Counted from the first letter of the stretch, positions 1-15,493 are shown. The stretch: 64,000 bases of DNA from Octopus sinensis (GCF_006345805.1 NC_042997.1:60202001-60266000), one strand, 5' to 3'. Made by a program: numbers and translations. The notes: generated by a model not told the origin, from the sequence alone.

Positions 1-490
1 AGATCGAATTACGGTAGGTAGTTTATAATGGTAAAGGGTTAGACTTCCCTGTCACTAGCATAAACTGTAGGAGAGATACGAGAGCAAAGAGAAGTTGCAC
101 ACAAATTTCTCTGAGCAATATGCCTTCAGAAAGGGATGGCATCAGCTAGATGGGACGGAAGATCATCGAACAGAATGTCATGACAGACGAATATCACTCG
201 CAAAATCTTCTGTTCGATGACTCACAAGTCATAATCTGGGGAATAACTTTATGCTTTTAATGTCTCTATGCAGCGATATGCGTTGAGTATATTAACAAAT
301 ACAAACCAAGGTTGCCAGGTCAATTTCATAAAATGTGACGGATTGTGTTTTAAAGAAGCTCACAATGATAATCTTGCAAATAAATTGAATACATACATAA
401 ACACACGTACACACACAGACACACATACAGACAGACACACAGACAGACAGACACACACACACTCACACACACACACATATATATATATAT

Positions 491-700
491 TCTTTTGCTT
501 GTTTCAGTCATTTGACTGTGGCCATGCTAGAGCACCGCCTTACGATGGGCTTCTTTCAGTTTCCGTCTACCAAATCACAAGGCTTTGATCGGCCCGAGGC
601 TATAGTAGAAGACAGTTGCCCAAGGTGCCACGCAGTGGGACTGAACCCGGAACCATGTGGTTGGTAAGCAAGCTACTTACCACACCGCCACTCCTACGCC
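491..700 (-). mobile_element. tRNA-derived SINE (head plus 3' tail, middle deleted)
   Basis: Reverse complement of the head GGCGTAGGAGTGGCGGTGTGGTAAGTAGCTTGCTTACCAACCACATGGTTCCGGGTTCAGTCCC, fused directly to the tail shared with the complete copy at 49251-49640. Confidence 0.85.
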
Positions 701-733
701 TATATATATATATATATATATATTTCTGTGTTC

Positions 734-769
734 CTTTCTATCGAAGAGCGTAGGCTCGAAACGTAAAAG
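734..769 (+). ncRNA. Hammerhead-like fold with deviant upper core
   Basis: CUUU-[CUAUCGAA]-GAGC-GUAG-GCUC-GAAAC-GUA-AAAG. Stems I and II pair, and stem III is the palindrome ACGU. The CUGANGA strand is non-canonical. Confidence 0.45.
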
Positions 770-1455
770 ACTTTCTCACTTCCCGAGCGTTAAACTAACA
801 CATCTGTTTGTTGTTTACCCACCTGTATTTTTTTAATAAATTCTCACTATATGTATGTATGTATATATACACATATATGTAAATGTATTTATGTATATTT
901 AGGTACTCACAAAAATTGCTTGTTGGTCGAATCTAATTTACTTAGTATATCAATATGATATTCAACTGGATTCTTATCTTACAGAATTAAAGTTTTAATG
1001 TACGAAACGAAAAGAACGAAAGAAGAGGCGTGCAATACTGAAAAGAAGTAACGTATTCCGATACATGTAGCCCAATCTGGCAACTCTGAAAGTAACACTT
1101 TAAAACTATAAGACTTACAGAAACATGAAATCGAGAAAAATCTTTGCAATTGAATACTGATCAGATGTATGCGTGTGACTCCTTACGTATGCGCGTGTAC
1201 ATGTGTGTGAGGAAGTAAGTATATATGTGTACGCGAGTGTAATTGCGATTTTGTTTTGTTTATATTTGTGTACAGTCCGTGAGTTCAAGCAACCTTGAGT
1301 GGAATTATTTATCAACAAAGAATATAGTCAAATATATAGAATCACTTGACTAATTAACACAATAGCATAATTTTATAACTCTATAAAGAATGCACTAAGC
1401 GTTCTTTGTTCAATATACATATATGTGTGTGTGTGTGCACGCGCGCGTGTGTTTG

Positions 1456-1535
<80 letters not shown>

Positions 1536-1643
1536 AGAATTAAAAAAAATATACATATATTTATACATATATATTCATATATATATATATATTTATACAT
1601 ATATATTCATATATATATATATATGTATATACATACATACATA

Positions 1644-1701
<58 letters not shown>

Positions 1702-1827
1702 GCACATATAAATATATATACATTATATAATACATACATATATTCATTATATGTACATATATATGTATATGTATATATATATGTATATGTATATATATAT
1801 GTATATATATGTATATGTATATACATG

Positions 1828-1901
<74 letters not shown>

Positions 1902-3769
1902 ATATATACACACAAACATACATACACACACATGTACTCAGAGCATGGGTGCATGATACTTTATGTACGTTTGCACTTAGTATTTCTACATATTTCTTGA
2001 AGGATAACGCCATCTTATGGACTATTTGTATAATGCGGGTGACGGGGGTTGTTTTGACTATTCATTCCACGATTATCTGTTCCATTTTTGCTAACATAAT
2101 TGTCTTCAAATATTCCAAATTTCGGAAGAATGTCCTAGATCCGCAGGAAAGGGTCAAATATCGTGGACTTCTATTCACTGAAATTCATGACATCCAGGAA
2201 ATAATAAACACAAATCAATTTGTGTAAGAGATTATGAAACAGGATAACCACTTGATATGCCAAGTGATAACGAGACAAATAGCTACAGAGATTTCATTGC
2301 GATAATACACATAGCATTCCTCGTAATTGTTGGTTTGTTACATATGTTTATAAATATATATTTCTGCGTGTGTATATGTGCGCGTGTGTATATGTGCGCG
2401 TGTGTATATGAGTGTGAGTGTATGTGAAGTGTATGCATATGGTATTCAGAAAGTTTGTTTTTGGTAGAATGATTTAAATTAATGTTAAACCAAAAATATC
2501 TTAATGTAATCAATTTTAATGAATTACGGGTGTCTGGATATTATTTGCGTTAAATAGTAACTCCTGTGTCTACTCTTGAGAATTCCGTTGTTGAATGCTT
2601 TTAATTGTTGTTGTTGTTCTTGTTGCTGTTGATGTTATTGTTTAACACTTGGTCAACTTTTTCCAAGTAGACCTATGGTCACAAATATTCCAGCTGTGAC
2701 CATCCAGTCTTTTTAAGATTACGTCTAGGACTACATTATCCTTTTACTATTTTAAAACACTTGGGTACGATTTGAGAGTAATTTTGTAACTACAGCGTAA
2801 AGGCTTTCTCGTTGGCACGTAAATCTTGGTGTTTGTTCTGGTAAGTATTTTTGTGGAAGTGAAATATTAGAATGAGAAAGTATTGGGATGATACACTGTT
2901 TTGGAGTGTACTTAGTGAAGTAATACATAAATCTTGTTGCTATTTAGCCTCTTGTCATCGCTGGCCAAGAAGATCGATAATCAAGGATGTTACTCTTCGT
3001 GATTATCCCATTTTTACGACCCTGACCTTCCTTTTTTAAGTACAACGTGACTACAGTATGAAAAGGATCAAGTCTTTGGCTTGTATTGTAATAATGTATA
3101 AGTTCGGTGTTATAATAGTATCATAAATATAGTGTATGACAGCACGGGAGTGTAGCATGTTGAGTGGCTCAAATATACTCAGCGGATGTAAGTTTTTTGT
3201 CCAAAACTGCAATTTAATCCAGTACCTCTATTTATCACCGATTGTGAACTGTGTTGCGCTTATCACGAATTGATCTGTGATAGCACGGCAGCGATCAGTC
3301 AAATATTCTGTTCGGGCTGAAAAAGTGCACAACAACGACCATCCATAATACGCAGGGCAACTTAGGGTATTTGAGTAAAACCTATCTTTCCCATATTTTC
3401 TATTATTCATCTTATCACCAATTGATTTAACATGGTGTTTTCTTTTACTTTTGAACCCAGCATCCGTGATAAACGAGATAAGATATATATCCACACTGAT
3501 AATTTGATTTTTTCGTTTCATAGGAGCGGAGTATTTCTCCCTGATATGTCATAAGTATAGCAACATCGTCTCTGTACTACGGAAGAATATACATTGACAG
3601 TTAAATTGTGACTCCAACCAACAAAGCAATTATTTTTGGTTTCTTTGTAAACACATTTTTTACTATAACCCTTGCTTCCTAATTCTAGATTTAACCCCGC
3701 CCCCTCAAAAAAAAAGTTCTCAGTTAATTTAAGAAAAGCTTATTATCCTTAACCTAAACATAGGATATC

Positions 3770-3980
3770 AAATGGCAGAATCGTTAGAGCGTCAGAGAAA
3801 AAAATTTATGGTATGTGTTCTGGATTTTTACGTTCTGAGTTTAAATCTCATCGAGGTTAACTTTCCATTTCAACCATTCGGGGTCGATAAAATAAAATAC
3901 CAATTAAGTACTGGAGTCAATGTAATCGATTAAACCTCTGTTCCAAACCTGGGACTTGGTGCGTATGTTAGAGACAATCA
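3770..3980 (+). mobile_element. SINE with Deu/Nin-like core (decayed)
   Basis: TGGCAGAATCGTTAGAGCG head and the core TTTCAACCATTCGGGGTCGATAAAATAAAATACC; homologous to 43106-43340. Confidence 0.75.
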
Positions 3981-5987
3981 CACATTATCTCTGCCGATAT
4001 ATATATAGAGAGAGATAGCTAGACAGATAGATAGAGGAAGATATATGAGGGTAAATAAGTGGCAGATGGATAGAATTCTTTATCTAAATATTTTAATTTC
4101 TAATTTAACCCGCCCGCCTTCATATCAGAGGCAGCTAGCAAGCTAACCAAGTTACAAATCCTTATATAATTCTTCACGTGATTCAGTGGTGATACAACAT
4201 TCGTGCGAAAATATTTTCATTTCAGAACTCGACAATTCTATCCTTTTCAATGAAAGTTTGGCGCCAACTGTAATCCGATACACTCAATATTAAAACAATC
4301 TGCAAATATTGTTCACATTCAGTTACTTTGTTTTATGCATATGATCATATTTTCAAATATTCATTTCTTATGTTCTGTCAAACACCTATATAATCCCACT
4401 TAGGAAGTTTGGGATATCGTGATATTCAAATGTTTACTTACGTATATTTGTGTCTCTAAAATATCTGTTGACATTTCCATTGTTCTTGACTTGGTTAGTT
4501 TGGGTCATATATCAGTACGTGACCATGAATTACACTCTTTCAGTTAGCAACTTGTGAACTATTGAGATACCTTATCGTACAAATATAAGTCAATGAACCT
4601 TACGAATGTAAGATTTCATTCACTATTACAAAAGCTAAAAGTTTGTTTGCTCAATAATAGGTAGATACTACGTTTCAAACATTTGTAGTAATATGTTGCG
4701 AATTTTAATTTAAACTAAGTTTATTTTAACCTGGTTGTTAGTCGATTACAGGACAAGAGAATGCTTATTTCTTAATCAAAATCGTTACGCTTCGCCCAAA
4801 TAAAAATTTTTAGTTGATCGCGTCGACAAAATAACCCACACACACTCTTGACATAATAGAAAAGCAATGAAAGTTGACCTAGAGTGGTTCCTCAGCCTAA
4901 TGTCTTAGAAATAGTCAACAGCTTGTTGACAATAAGGACACCAAGTTGAATATAGAAAATCAATCTGGTAATTATAAAATCAATTAGCTTTATAACATAT
5001 CTTACTTTTAGCAGAACTGACTTTGACTGCTACTGCAAAACATACTTGAAGATAATACAGATGGCGATAGTAGCTTGATAATTAGCCCCCCCACCCCCAT
5101 GTTAGATCATCATCAAAACTCAATACTTGTAACGTATCGTATCAATACCATTAAGACTATAACCAAAATTAAATGTTGAATTCAATTCTACTGCGAACTT
5201 TCAGCCCTTTTTTCTGTCAGTAGAGGACTTAGACGATATCTATCTATGTGGCTGGGTTAGCCCGGTTCAATGCAACTCTTCCGAGCCAGATGTGCCGTTG
5301 TCCTATGGCAGTCCTCATATCTTCAACTTGATATCCCCTGCCTTCCACCAATTGATCAATATATGCTCTTCTTGTTCTGACGATACATGTATGTTCACGC
5401 GTGGGTTCCCAGAGAAGGAGATCACTGGATATTTCATGCTTGCTTCACTAGAACACATTGTGTAGGACAATGCTGAGAAGCAAGTACTAATAAGACTGAG
5501 GTTGTTGTTATTTTGTTGGTTTGAAATCTCTAGAAGATTGAAAAAGCACGGTGTAATAGCTGTGTTCATTAAAATTAATTAGATGATCCCCTCCTAGCTT
5601 GTCACCAAAACAAATGTCAAAGTAACCAAATGCACAGCTTGGTTTCGATTTTCAGATGTTGTAATTGCATTTAATTTAAACATTTAATTCCCTTGATGAA
5701 GGGTTAGTTCCATTTCTCTTATTCAAAGTCAACAGAATAATTGACATGTAAGTGGGTGAAGCTGACGATGAATATTCAAACCGAAAATATAAACTTGTCA
5801 TGTTTATTTTGCATTTATCACGAATTTTAAAACAATATAATGAATGAGAAGAATACATTGTTAATTTTAATATTTACGTTTCTTAGCAATGCTAATAAAA
5901 CTGATTAAATATAAAATATACCATCAAAATAGATGTTGATCACTTTTTAATTTTTTTTAATTTTGTTACTGTTTCATATGTTTCTCC

Positions 5988-6049
<62 letters not shown>

Positions 6050-6949
6050 CTCTCTCTCTCTTTCTCGCTCTCTGTCACCCTGCCACTTACTTTCTCTTTT
6101 TCTTTCTCTCTTTGCCTTTTCTAACGTCAGTAGTAGGGTCTGAGACCCTTGGACGTTGTTGGTTTCGTGCCACTTCTATTTATGCGCTTCCGATTCATTC
6201 ATCTCTCCTCCTTTCGATACCTATATCGTATTCGCCTGCACTCTCACACCAAACACTAAACTAACTACTCTGTTTTTCCTTCGCCCAGTTTCTCCTTCCT
6301 GTTCGAATTTCTAGAGTTTCCTCCCCGCTCAAATTTTTGTCTGACAGTCATCGACGTGCAATTGTTAAAAAAAAGTATCAACCATATTGATCTCACCTTC
6401 CTCGAACAGCAGCAAATGCCATGGATAATCCCATCCTTGACAAGGCCATTAAAGATATTTAAATAAAACCCACTCTTCTCTAAGTTGTGCAGAATGGAGG
6501 TTTTGAACTCGGTACTGAGAGCTAAACAAGCACAACACATGATAATTACTCAATAATCTAACTGATAAAATCTCTACGAAGTAAATGCATCTGTTTTGCG
6601 GGTTATGGCATTCATGTTCATGATCCTAAAATCACTAACTTAATTTCTTCACCGGGCGACACGTTATGTTCTTAGGCAAGGTAATTCATTTTACATCGCT
6701 CAAACCTACTCAACTATAAGGAGTACCAATCCGGTGCTGATGCAGCCCTCTCTTCCTTCAGCTGTCACATACTCGATGTTCTTCTAGATCAAGGATGAGT
6801 GGTCCGAGAAGGTGAACATAACCGCATAGACAACAAAACAATTTGTGAAAGTATAGTACAATTTATGAAGCTATACTTGCTCATGATTGATTGCTGGCTG
6901 AACGCTTTTAAATTCAATTCGATACTCTTTAAATTAGTTTCAAAGTTTG

Positions 6950-7145
6950 GCAGGAGGCCAGCAGTTTCGTTGAAGGGGTAATTCGATTACATCGACCCCA
7001 GTACTCAACTGCTATTTATTTTATCGAACCTGAAATGATGGAAGGTAAAGTCGCTCCCAGCGGTATTTGAACTTAGAATGTAAGGTCGGAAGAATTACTG
7101 CGGAGCATTTTATCCGGCGCGGTCACGATTCTATCAGTTTGCTGT
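6950..7145 (-). mobile_element. SINE with Deu/Nin-like core (decayed)
   Basis: Reverse-complement homology to the 43106 family (ATTACATCGACCCCAGT...TTTATTTTATCGA...). Confidence 0.7.
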
Positions 7146-7714
7146 CTTCGAACCTTTTAAAAGAAAACTGTTATAATGTCAGTTAATAATTTAGAATCGG
7201 AAACAGCACAACGCTATTGATGAAATTCTGGTTCATTATTCGGCAATCCGATACAATTTGAACTCGGAGGACTACGAAGTCGCAGTACATTTCTTTTTGT
7301 AAACGAAATAGTTTCCTTTCAAAATACGTCTATATTTATCTTCCTTTCATAGTCTTCTATTGTAATGTAACACATATACTCAACTAATTGTACATGCATT
7401 GAATACATTGAAATAATAACACAAGCAAGGTAGTTATTCATTCAGAGATAATTATAATGTATAAAATATGTTGAAAATGCTGACCAGAGTATAAAATATA
7501 CAAAATAATACTTGAGTATTAATACACAACTCAAATTGTGATCTACGAAAGAAACATCTACAATGAAGCGCAAAAATTCTGTTACTTTGTTCTGAGATAT
7601 AATTTTAGGTTGAGCTTGAAAAGAAATATGTCTCAGTATTTTCCCACTGAGCCTGAACTTTGATCTACCTATATTCCTTCATTAGTAAATGCTTACCTTT
7701 GCAAGTATATTAAA

Positions 7715-8006
7715 GTGGAGGCACATGACCGAGTGGTCAGAGCAGCGGACTCGCGGTCGAGGGATCGCGGGTTCGAATCTCAGACCGGGCGATGTGTGTG
7801 TTTATGAGTGAAACACTAAGCTCCACGCGGCTCCGGCAGAAGGTAATGGCGAACTTCAGATGACGTTTTCGCCACAAATTTCACTCTTTCCTCCTGCATA
7901 TTGTAGCTCATCTGCGACGGACTGGCGTCCCGTCCAGGTGGGGAACCTACACACCAAAGAACCCGGGTGACCGGCCCTTATGAGCCAGGCATGGCTCGAG
8001 AAGGAA
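7715..8006 (+). mobile_element. tRNA-derived SINE with 15-bp TSD
   Basis: A-box-like TGACCGAGTGG and B-box GGTTCGAATCT. The direct repeat CAAGTATATTAAAGT occurs at 7702-7716 and 8007-8021. Confidence 0.9.
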
Positions 8007-8870
8007 CAAGTATATTAAAGTTGTGCACTCGGCAATTGACACATTTACAGTAGCATGACAAGTTATTGTCTAGTAACTTAAAATTGATCCAGAATGCCTA
8101 CAAACAAAAACGTTCTGAGACCATCAAGGGCTACATTATTCAATGTGACGTTCTTTTTTATGAAAATAGGATGTGATTTGAGGGAGAGTTTTTGCTATTA
8201 TTTCTAGTAGATTGAATGACTGCGTAGATACGTTCTTGTTAGTTTGTTGGCAATATACATTCATGGTATTAAGCTACCAGAGACTCTCTTTGACTCATAA
8301 TACGACATCTTCACTAAGATGTTCGGATTATATATATTTGTTGGTCGAATTGGTAAATTTGTTTTAGACTAATATTTCTTTCTAATATGTATGTCGTAAA
8401 GAAAAATAATTAGCTATAAATTAAAGAGTAGTTTGATAGATTAAAATAGTCTTTTTCGCCTCCCTCTTTCGTTCCTCCACTCTCTCTTTATAATACATAC
8501 ATGCATACAAACATACATACATACATACACGTGTATATATATCACAGCATAAAAGTTTTCTCCGAGTTTTCTTTCAAGTCAACAATTTAATCTGAACATT
8601 AACCATATTAAATTTTTAAAATTATTCTTCGGTTGCAGTCTAGCAGGGATTCATTCAATTGGCTAAGACCATCGCTCCTAAGTGAATTTTCTAAAGTGAA
8701 TATGGGAAGATATGCTTTAGGTTTTACTGCTGCAAAAGAAAAGAACGTTGTATAAATGGGAAAAGTCTTGATAGCTTTCTACGTGGAGTTCAGATCTTTA
8801 TTCGGATAGTCACTATATCTCCTTATCTATGTCTTATTATATAACGCTTCATTCTGTACCCTCCCTTCTA

Positions 8871-8947
<77 letters not shown>

Positions 8948-9078
8948 AGCTGCTGCTGCTGCTGCTACAACAAGCTTGCGCTAAATGATACTCGTACATC
9001 ACAATGTACTGGAGATAAAAGAATCAAATTTCCAACTCAGAAAATGCTCCGATTATTATTATTATATTATTATTATTA

Positions 9079-9119
<41 letters not shown>

Positions 9120-9120
<1 letters not shown>

Positions 9121-9450
9121 TGGGTGCATGCCATCAAAGTGACACTGGGGTAAAATATACGAAGCCCAGTATACCCATCATGACTACCGTCTGATAAGGG
9201 TACGCTAGGCACATTCATCACAACCATGTATGCGCGACATGTTGATCTCATATCAAGATAAACAACACATGACCTTGCAGGTGGGGCCCAGTTATAATTT
9301 TCTTCTGGTCGAGTAACCCATCCCGCTCAAAAGGTCCCTGAATAAGGGTTGTTTAAGGATGTTGAACGAAACACCCATGTTATTCAAACCTCAAAGAATC
9401 CCTCTCAACACATGGTTATGATGCTCTCCCACTTCTTCTGCTCACGATCA
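9120..9450 (-). mobile_element. 3' portion of an (AAT)n-associated short interspersed repeat
   Basis: Reverse-complement match to 58690-59030; ends in the (AAT)n array at 9053-9119. Confidence 0.85.
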
Positions 9451-10214
9451 ACTTTGTTAGACAAGCTTTTCCGCAGCTCGTCTCTTTGACGGAGCTAAAG
9501 TCCTGGATCAGGCGTAGATCGAGGCAAGGCACTTGCCACCTAGAGTGTCTCCAAGCGCTCACAGCCATCGGTCAGTCGGGTAATGCGGTCGGTGGAAATT
9601 CCACATTGGAGTTCTATAGCGGATTAGTGGAGGGCAAGAGCGACGAAGATATCGGAGAGACTCTGGGCGTTGAGAGGGATCAACTGGCTGGTCTCTTCCG
9701 GAGGATTTTCGGGCCGGGACCTATCGATAATTTCCAAAAATCTCTGGCCTGACAGTGCTACCGGGGGCGCTGCCGGTTCGTGGTAAGATCTACAGGCACG
9801 GATGTGCAGTCAGATAGTCTTGTCCGAGGTGCATGCGGAGCGAGGGAAGCGTTCTGCATGAACTAGTACAGTGTCCACTCATTGCTGACTTGTGGAGCTT
9901 CGTTGAACAGTTATTGCCACGTGTAGGACGGATCTGGATTTTGTCCGTGTCTATCGTGTAAATTGCCCTGCCTCCTTCCTTTGACCGTGAAATAAAGTCA
10001 GTTTTCCTCTGTCTGGTGGCTATGACGAAAGAAGTTGTATGATGGGCGCGATTGAAAAGGTTGAAGAAGAGTACCTTCCTCCTTGACCAATGCCTCATTC
10101 ACTTTTTCAGGTTCCACCTGAAAAGGAAGGTGAGACTGGGGAGGGAGGTGCTGTCACCTAGTAAGTGTGTCGAGAGGTGGGTGAATGTAGCAAGGATGGC
10201 CCGTGTGAATGGTC
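9451..10214 (+). pseudogene. L1/Tx1-type LINE ORF2 C-terminal fragment (decayed)
   Basis: Manual translation across stops and frameshifts: ...ALPVRGKIYRHG...SCPRCMRSEGSVLHELVQCPLIADLWSFVEQLL...FFRFHLKRKVR...RWVNVARM. This contains a CX2C-X8-H-X4-C knuckle typical of L1-clade ORF2 ends. Confidence 0.6.
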
Positions 10215-11080
10215 CTGCGGGTATTGATATATCAATTAGAAAGCATTTTTTTCTTTCATGTTCTCTGACAACTATATCTGACATATTGACCTTAATTTCT
10301 CTATCTCTGTGTATTGGCATATCCCAGAGTATGGTTGCTTTCTCGTTTTCTGTGACCTTTTCTGGTGTGTGCCTATACCATCTTTTTACTGTTGTTATTC
10401 CATAGTGTTGGCATAGCTTGCAGTGTATGTAGGTCCCAACTCTGTCGTGTCTGTGAATATATTCCTTCTTAGCCAGGACTGGGCAGCCAGAGATAATATG
10501 ATTTATTGTTTCTTGTCCATCTACACATATTCTGCAGTTACTTGTTATGTTTCTTTTCATTATATGTTTTTGGTAATTTCTGGTGGGTAGGCTTTGGTCT
10601 TGTGCTGCAAATAAAAATCCCTCAGTCTCTGCTTTGAGTCCTGAGCTTCTCAACCACTGCTGGGATTTTTTCTGTTTATTTCTTTTGAATTTAGTTTAGC
10701 TCAGTATTTGCCATGAAGGGGCTTTTCTTGCCATCGTTTTATCATGGTCCGTTGCTGTTCTAGTTTTGGTTTGGATTTCATTTGTTTTATAGCTTTTGTT
10801 GTTTCTTCTTCTTCATATTTGTTAGGTAGTATGATTACTTGTTTGTATTTGTCAGCTTGCTTAAATACTGAGAACAGTTTTTTGTTTTGCTCGTGTTTTG
10901 TAGCTATTTGTATTAGGTTTCCTTGCTTCTGAAGCAGGTATCTTTTCAGTCCTATAGTGGTTATTTTATAATAGCTTTCCAGCTGTATAAGGCCTCTACC
11001 ATCTTCTATATGTTGTATATATAGCCTTTCTATGTCAGATTTTGGGTGGTGCATCCTGGATGCTGTCATTAGTTTTCTTG

Positions 11081-11083
<3 letters not shown>
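10215..11083 (-). mobile_element. R4/Dong-type LINE fragment (post-RT region, CCHC knuckle, start of RLE endonuclease)
   Basis: ORFs 10701-11069 and 10099-10653 are near-identical to 38252-38947 (CRICVDGQETINHIISGC). The 5' end abuts (AAT)n at 11084-11150. Confidence 0.9.
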
Positions 11084-11148
<65 letters not shown>

Positions 11149-11177
11149 CATCATCATCATCATTTTTCAGGAACTGA

Positions 11178-11372
11178 AAGGTGGCGAGCAGGCAGAATCA
11201 TTAGCACGCTGGACGAAGTGCTTAGTGGTATTTCGTTCTGGATTCAAATTCCGCCGAGGTCGACTTTCAGTGTCGATAAATTAAGTACCAGTTACGCAAT
11301 GGGGTCGATGTAATTGACTGGTCCCCTCCCCCAAAATTTGAGGCCTTGTGCCTTCAGTAGAAAGGATTATTA
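11178..11372 (+). mobile_element. SINE with Deu/Nin-like core
   Basis: AAGGTGGCGAGCAGGCAGAATCATTAGCACG head, GGGGTCGATGTAATTGACT, and a tail ending GTAGAAAGGATTATTATT. Confidence 0.85.
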
Positions 11373-11793
11373 TTCAGAGACTGAGAAATACATTGAAAAT
11401 TTCATCAAGCACGATATAGCACAAATATGTTCAAAGATTAACAAATATTACTTGTGGATATCTTTATTAATCAATTCTTTGCAGTATTTAGTTACGGCCA
11501 TGTAAGTTCTGAATTCAAATCCATCCGAATTCAATTTTACCAAACCATCCTTCCAGGAGTCGATAAAATAAGAGCCAGGCAAGTATACTAAATAAATTTC
11601 ACAGTTTGTGCGTAAGTTAGATATTGAAAGTGTTAAGAAGCTTACTTCTCAACCACATGGTTCTGGGCCCAGTGACACTTTGGGCTAATGTATACTACTA
11701 TAGACTTGAGCAGACCAAAGCCTTGTGAGTGACGTTGGTAGACGGAAACTGAAAGAAGCCCATCGTCCATATATATATATACATATATATATA

Positions 11794-12760
<967 letters not shown>

Positions 12761-13412
12761 TTGTGTGTGTGTGTGTGTTTATATACATACATACATATGT
12801 GTGTGTGTGTGTGTTTGTTCCTCACCACTGCTTGACAACCGATGTTGGTGTGTTTAATGAGTGAAACAAATAAAAGATTTAAAAATTTGAAAATTGTACC
12901 GATGGGCACCTGGCACAAAAGAAAAGAAAAGAAAAAAAATCTATGATCTTTTTTATACCCTCTCTACTTTAATTAACAACTCAAATTTTATTGGCTAATT
13001 CCTCGACGTCGCAACTTCTCGTTTTCTTTCCTCGAAAATAACTAAATAACTGACATTTTATGCCTCTGTTAGAAGCCATTCCAAAATAGTTGGCAACAAG
13101 ATTTAATTTATTGTGTTCGTCCATTTGGGCAGGCGATAAATCCTATCAGCACCAATTCCTGACACCGAAGAGTAACCTACTAGACTATCTGGCATGTCTC
13201 TTTTCTTTCCTTTACTTCTTTTTTAAAATTGGAATAGTGCCAATGTTAATAATAAATTGATTAAAGCCTTTAAACCTCACATGTATACTAGACTCTTGTA
13301 CCATTGCATCAATTCTCGGTGAATTCTTCATATATTATTTTTTAATGCCTGCCTTCTCACTCAAAGTAGACAGAGCAAAATAGACACAAACTAAGATGTA
13401 TATATATATATA

Positions 13413-13466
<54 letters not shown>

Positions 13467-15377
13467 TACGTGTGCATGCGTGTGTACACATACAAACATA
13501 CACATAACTTACTTTCTTTGGACATCAGCTAAATGCAAGTTGTTTCTATAGCTGAATAACTGCTTTATTTTCACCATTTAGAAAATAGCTATTCTTTTCT
13601 CTGGAATTTTATTTTAAGTTAGTAAAGATATTTTCGCCTACTACGTCAAGCATGCTAGCACCCACTTAACTGTTGAATTTTTATGCAGCAGGGCCCCAAT
13701 TGTGAAGTTGTCTTTATCCTAATGTTGTCAGACTCATTCTCCATTGTATTCTGTATCTTTTTTTTTTTGCTATAGTTTCAGCTCATAGCTGCGGCCATGC
13801 TGATGCACCGCCGTTAAATAAATTTATTTATCTAAATAAATTTAATTAATTAAAACATCAGTATTTTCTTCCCTGCCTTTAATTCTTTTTTCATGACTAA
13901 AATTGTAAATTTAAATGAGCTAAAATTTTCTTGGTTTTCTACTTCATGCATGCAATCGACATCGTTGCTATTAACCGTTAGTTAGACAGAAAACCATCTT
14001 GTCTAACAAGTGATTAGTTTTGAGAGTTTGTATTCAAAATAAAACAATTACAGTGTGGAAGACTCGTTTTAGCCATTCAAATGCACACAGAAACTGTTGA
14101 CTTCAGTTAATTATAGTTCCACTGCAAGTAGAATTGTTTAAGTGAGCAGATCGCAGACAGTACTGCGAGAATTTTGACACCAAGTTAAAAACGATCTAGT
14201 GATGTTAATATTTTCAGTGTAATTTTTGAATGGTGAAAATGGGTCTTCCACAGTGTACTAGTCCTGAGATATTAGTTTTGTGTCTTTGTGCAGTGCAGGT
14301 TCTGATTTAAATAGGTAAAGTAGTCGGGGTTGTTTAGTGCACATCTACCTCTGGAAATTAAAATATATTCAGACGTAAAGTGAATGGTTATATATACATC
14401 TATATTCCAACTCATTCAACTACAATTGCAATTCTGGATAGACTAATTCACATTTTATACAAAATCTTTGTTTTTTCAGTTAAGTTAGCATGTCGGTATT
14501 TCTTCCTTCTTTACGTTCTGAATTCAAATACTGCCGCGGTAAACTTTGCTTTTCATCCTTTCAGGGTCGATAAAATAAAGTACTGGGGTCGCTATAATTC
14601 CAAAATTTGAAGCAGTTATAAAGTGGTGAGCTGCCAGCATCTTTTGCACTTCGGACAAAATTCTTCCGACTCATTACGTTCTAAGTTCAAATTCCACTGA
14701 ATTTGACTTTACCTTTCATCCTCTCGGGGTCGATAAAATAAGTACCAGCTGAGCATTGGGGTCGATATAATCAACTAGCTTCCTTCCCTAAAATTTCAGG
14801 CCTTTTACTTATAGCAGAAAGGGAAAAAAATGCATAACCACATATCATATTGTGCAGAAATTAGGTAGATAGATCAAAATCGTATTATTTGAAACGAGAA
14901 ACAATTTTTCATAAATAAACATGGAAGCTGGTTGAAACTGTAGAGTGTCACAGAGAATCAGTGACATCAGTTTCTCTAATAAAAATATAGAACAGAGCAT
15001 TCATAATTTTCGACGAGGAGAATTGTTATATTTAATCTTATTTATTCTATAAAAACAAACTGGTTCTAATTCAGGACTAGAAACATAGTACTTGGCTTAA
15101 CATAACGATCTTTCTTAGGACACTTTCAAGGATGAAACATTCAAACAGTTAGAAAATTCTTTCAATACCTCAAGCTATGTTAAACAAAACATGAGGATAT
15201 GCCACTGTTAAAAAGTGATTATGTGAGTTTGTGCACGATATGATGCAATTGTATATCTTCAGTGAATCTGCTTTCCAGAACTGCTGAAACGATAATTATG
15301 ATAGCTGGTTGGTAATTTTGTAATTATATAGGATTGCAAAAAAACTCATTCATCATATGTTAATATACACATACATA

Positions 15378-15479
<102 letters not shown>

Positions 15480-15493
15480 TACACATACACATA

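Noticed and set aside
1373-2227. Many YI/CV/HT-repeat ORFs here and at about 12.6, 15.4, 19.9, 34.4, 46.1, 51.6, 57.3 and 60-62 kb
   Set aside because: They are translations of (TA)n, (CA)n and (CATA)n microsatellites, not genes.
6130-6172. GAAAC...GUC with a nearby hairpin on the minus strand
   Set aside because: There is no CUGANGA-type strand in a compatible position.
7715-7790. tRNA-like sequence (also at 48.8, 49.25 and 59.46 kb)
   Set aside because: A/B boxes are present but there is no acceptor stem, and the sequence continues into a SINE body with TSDs.
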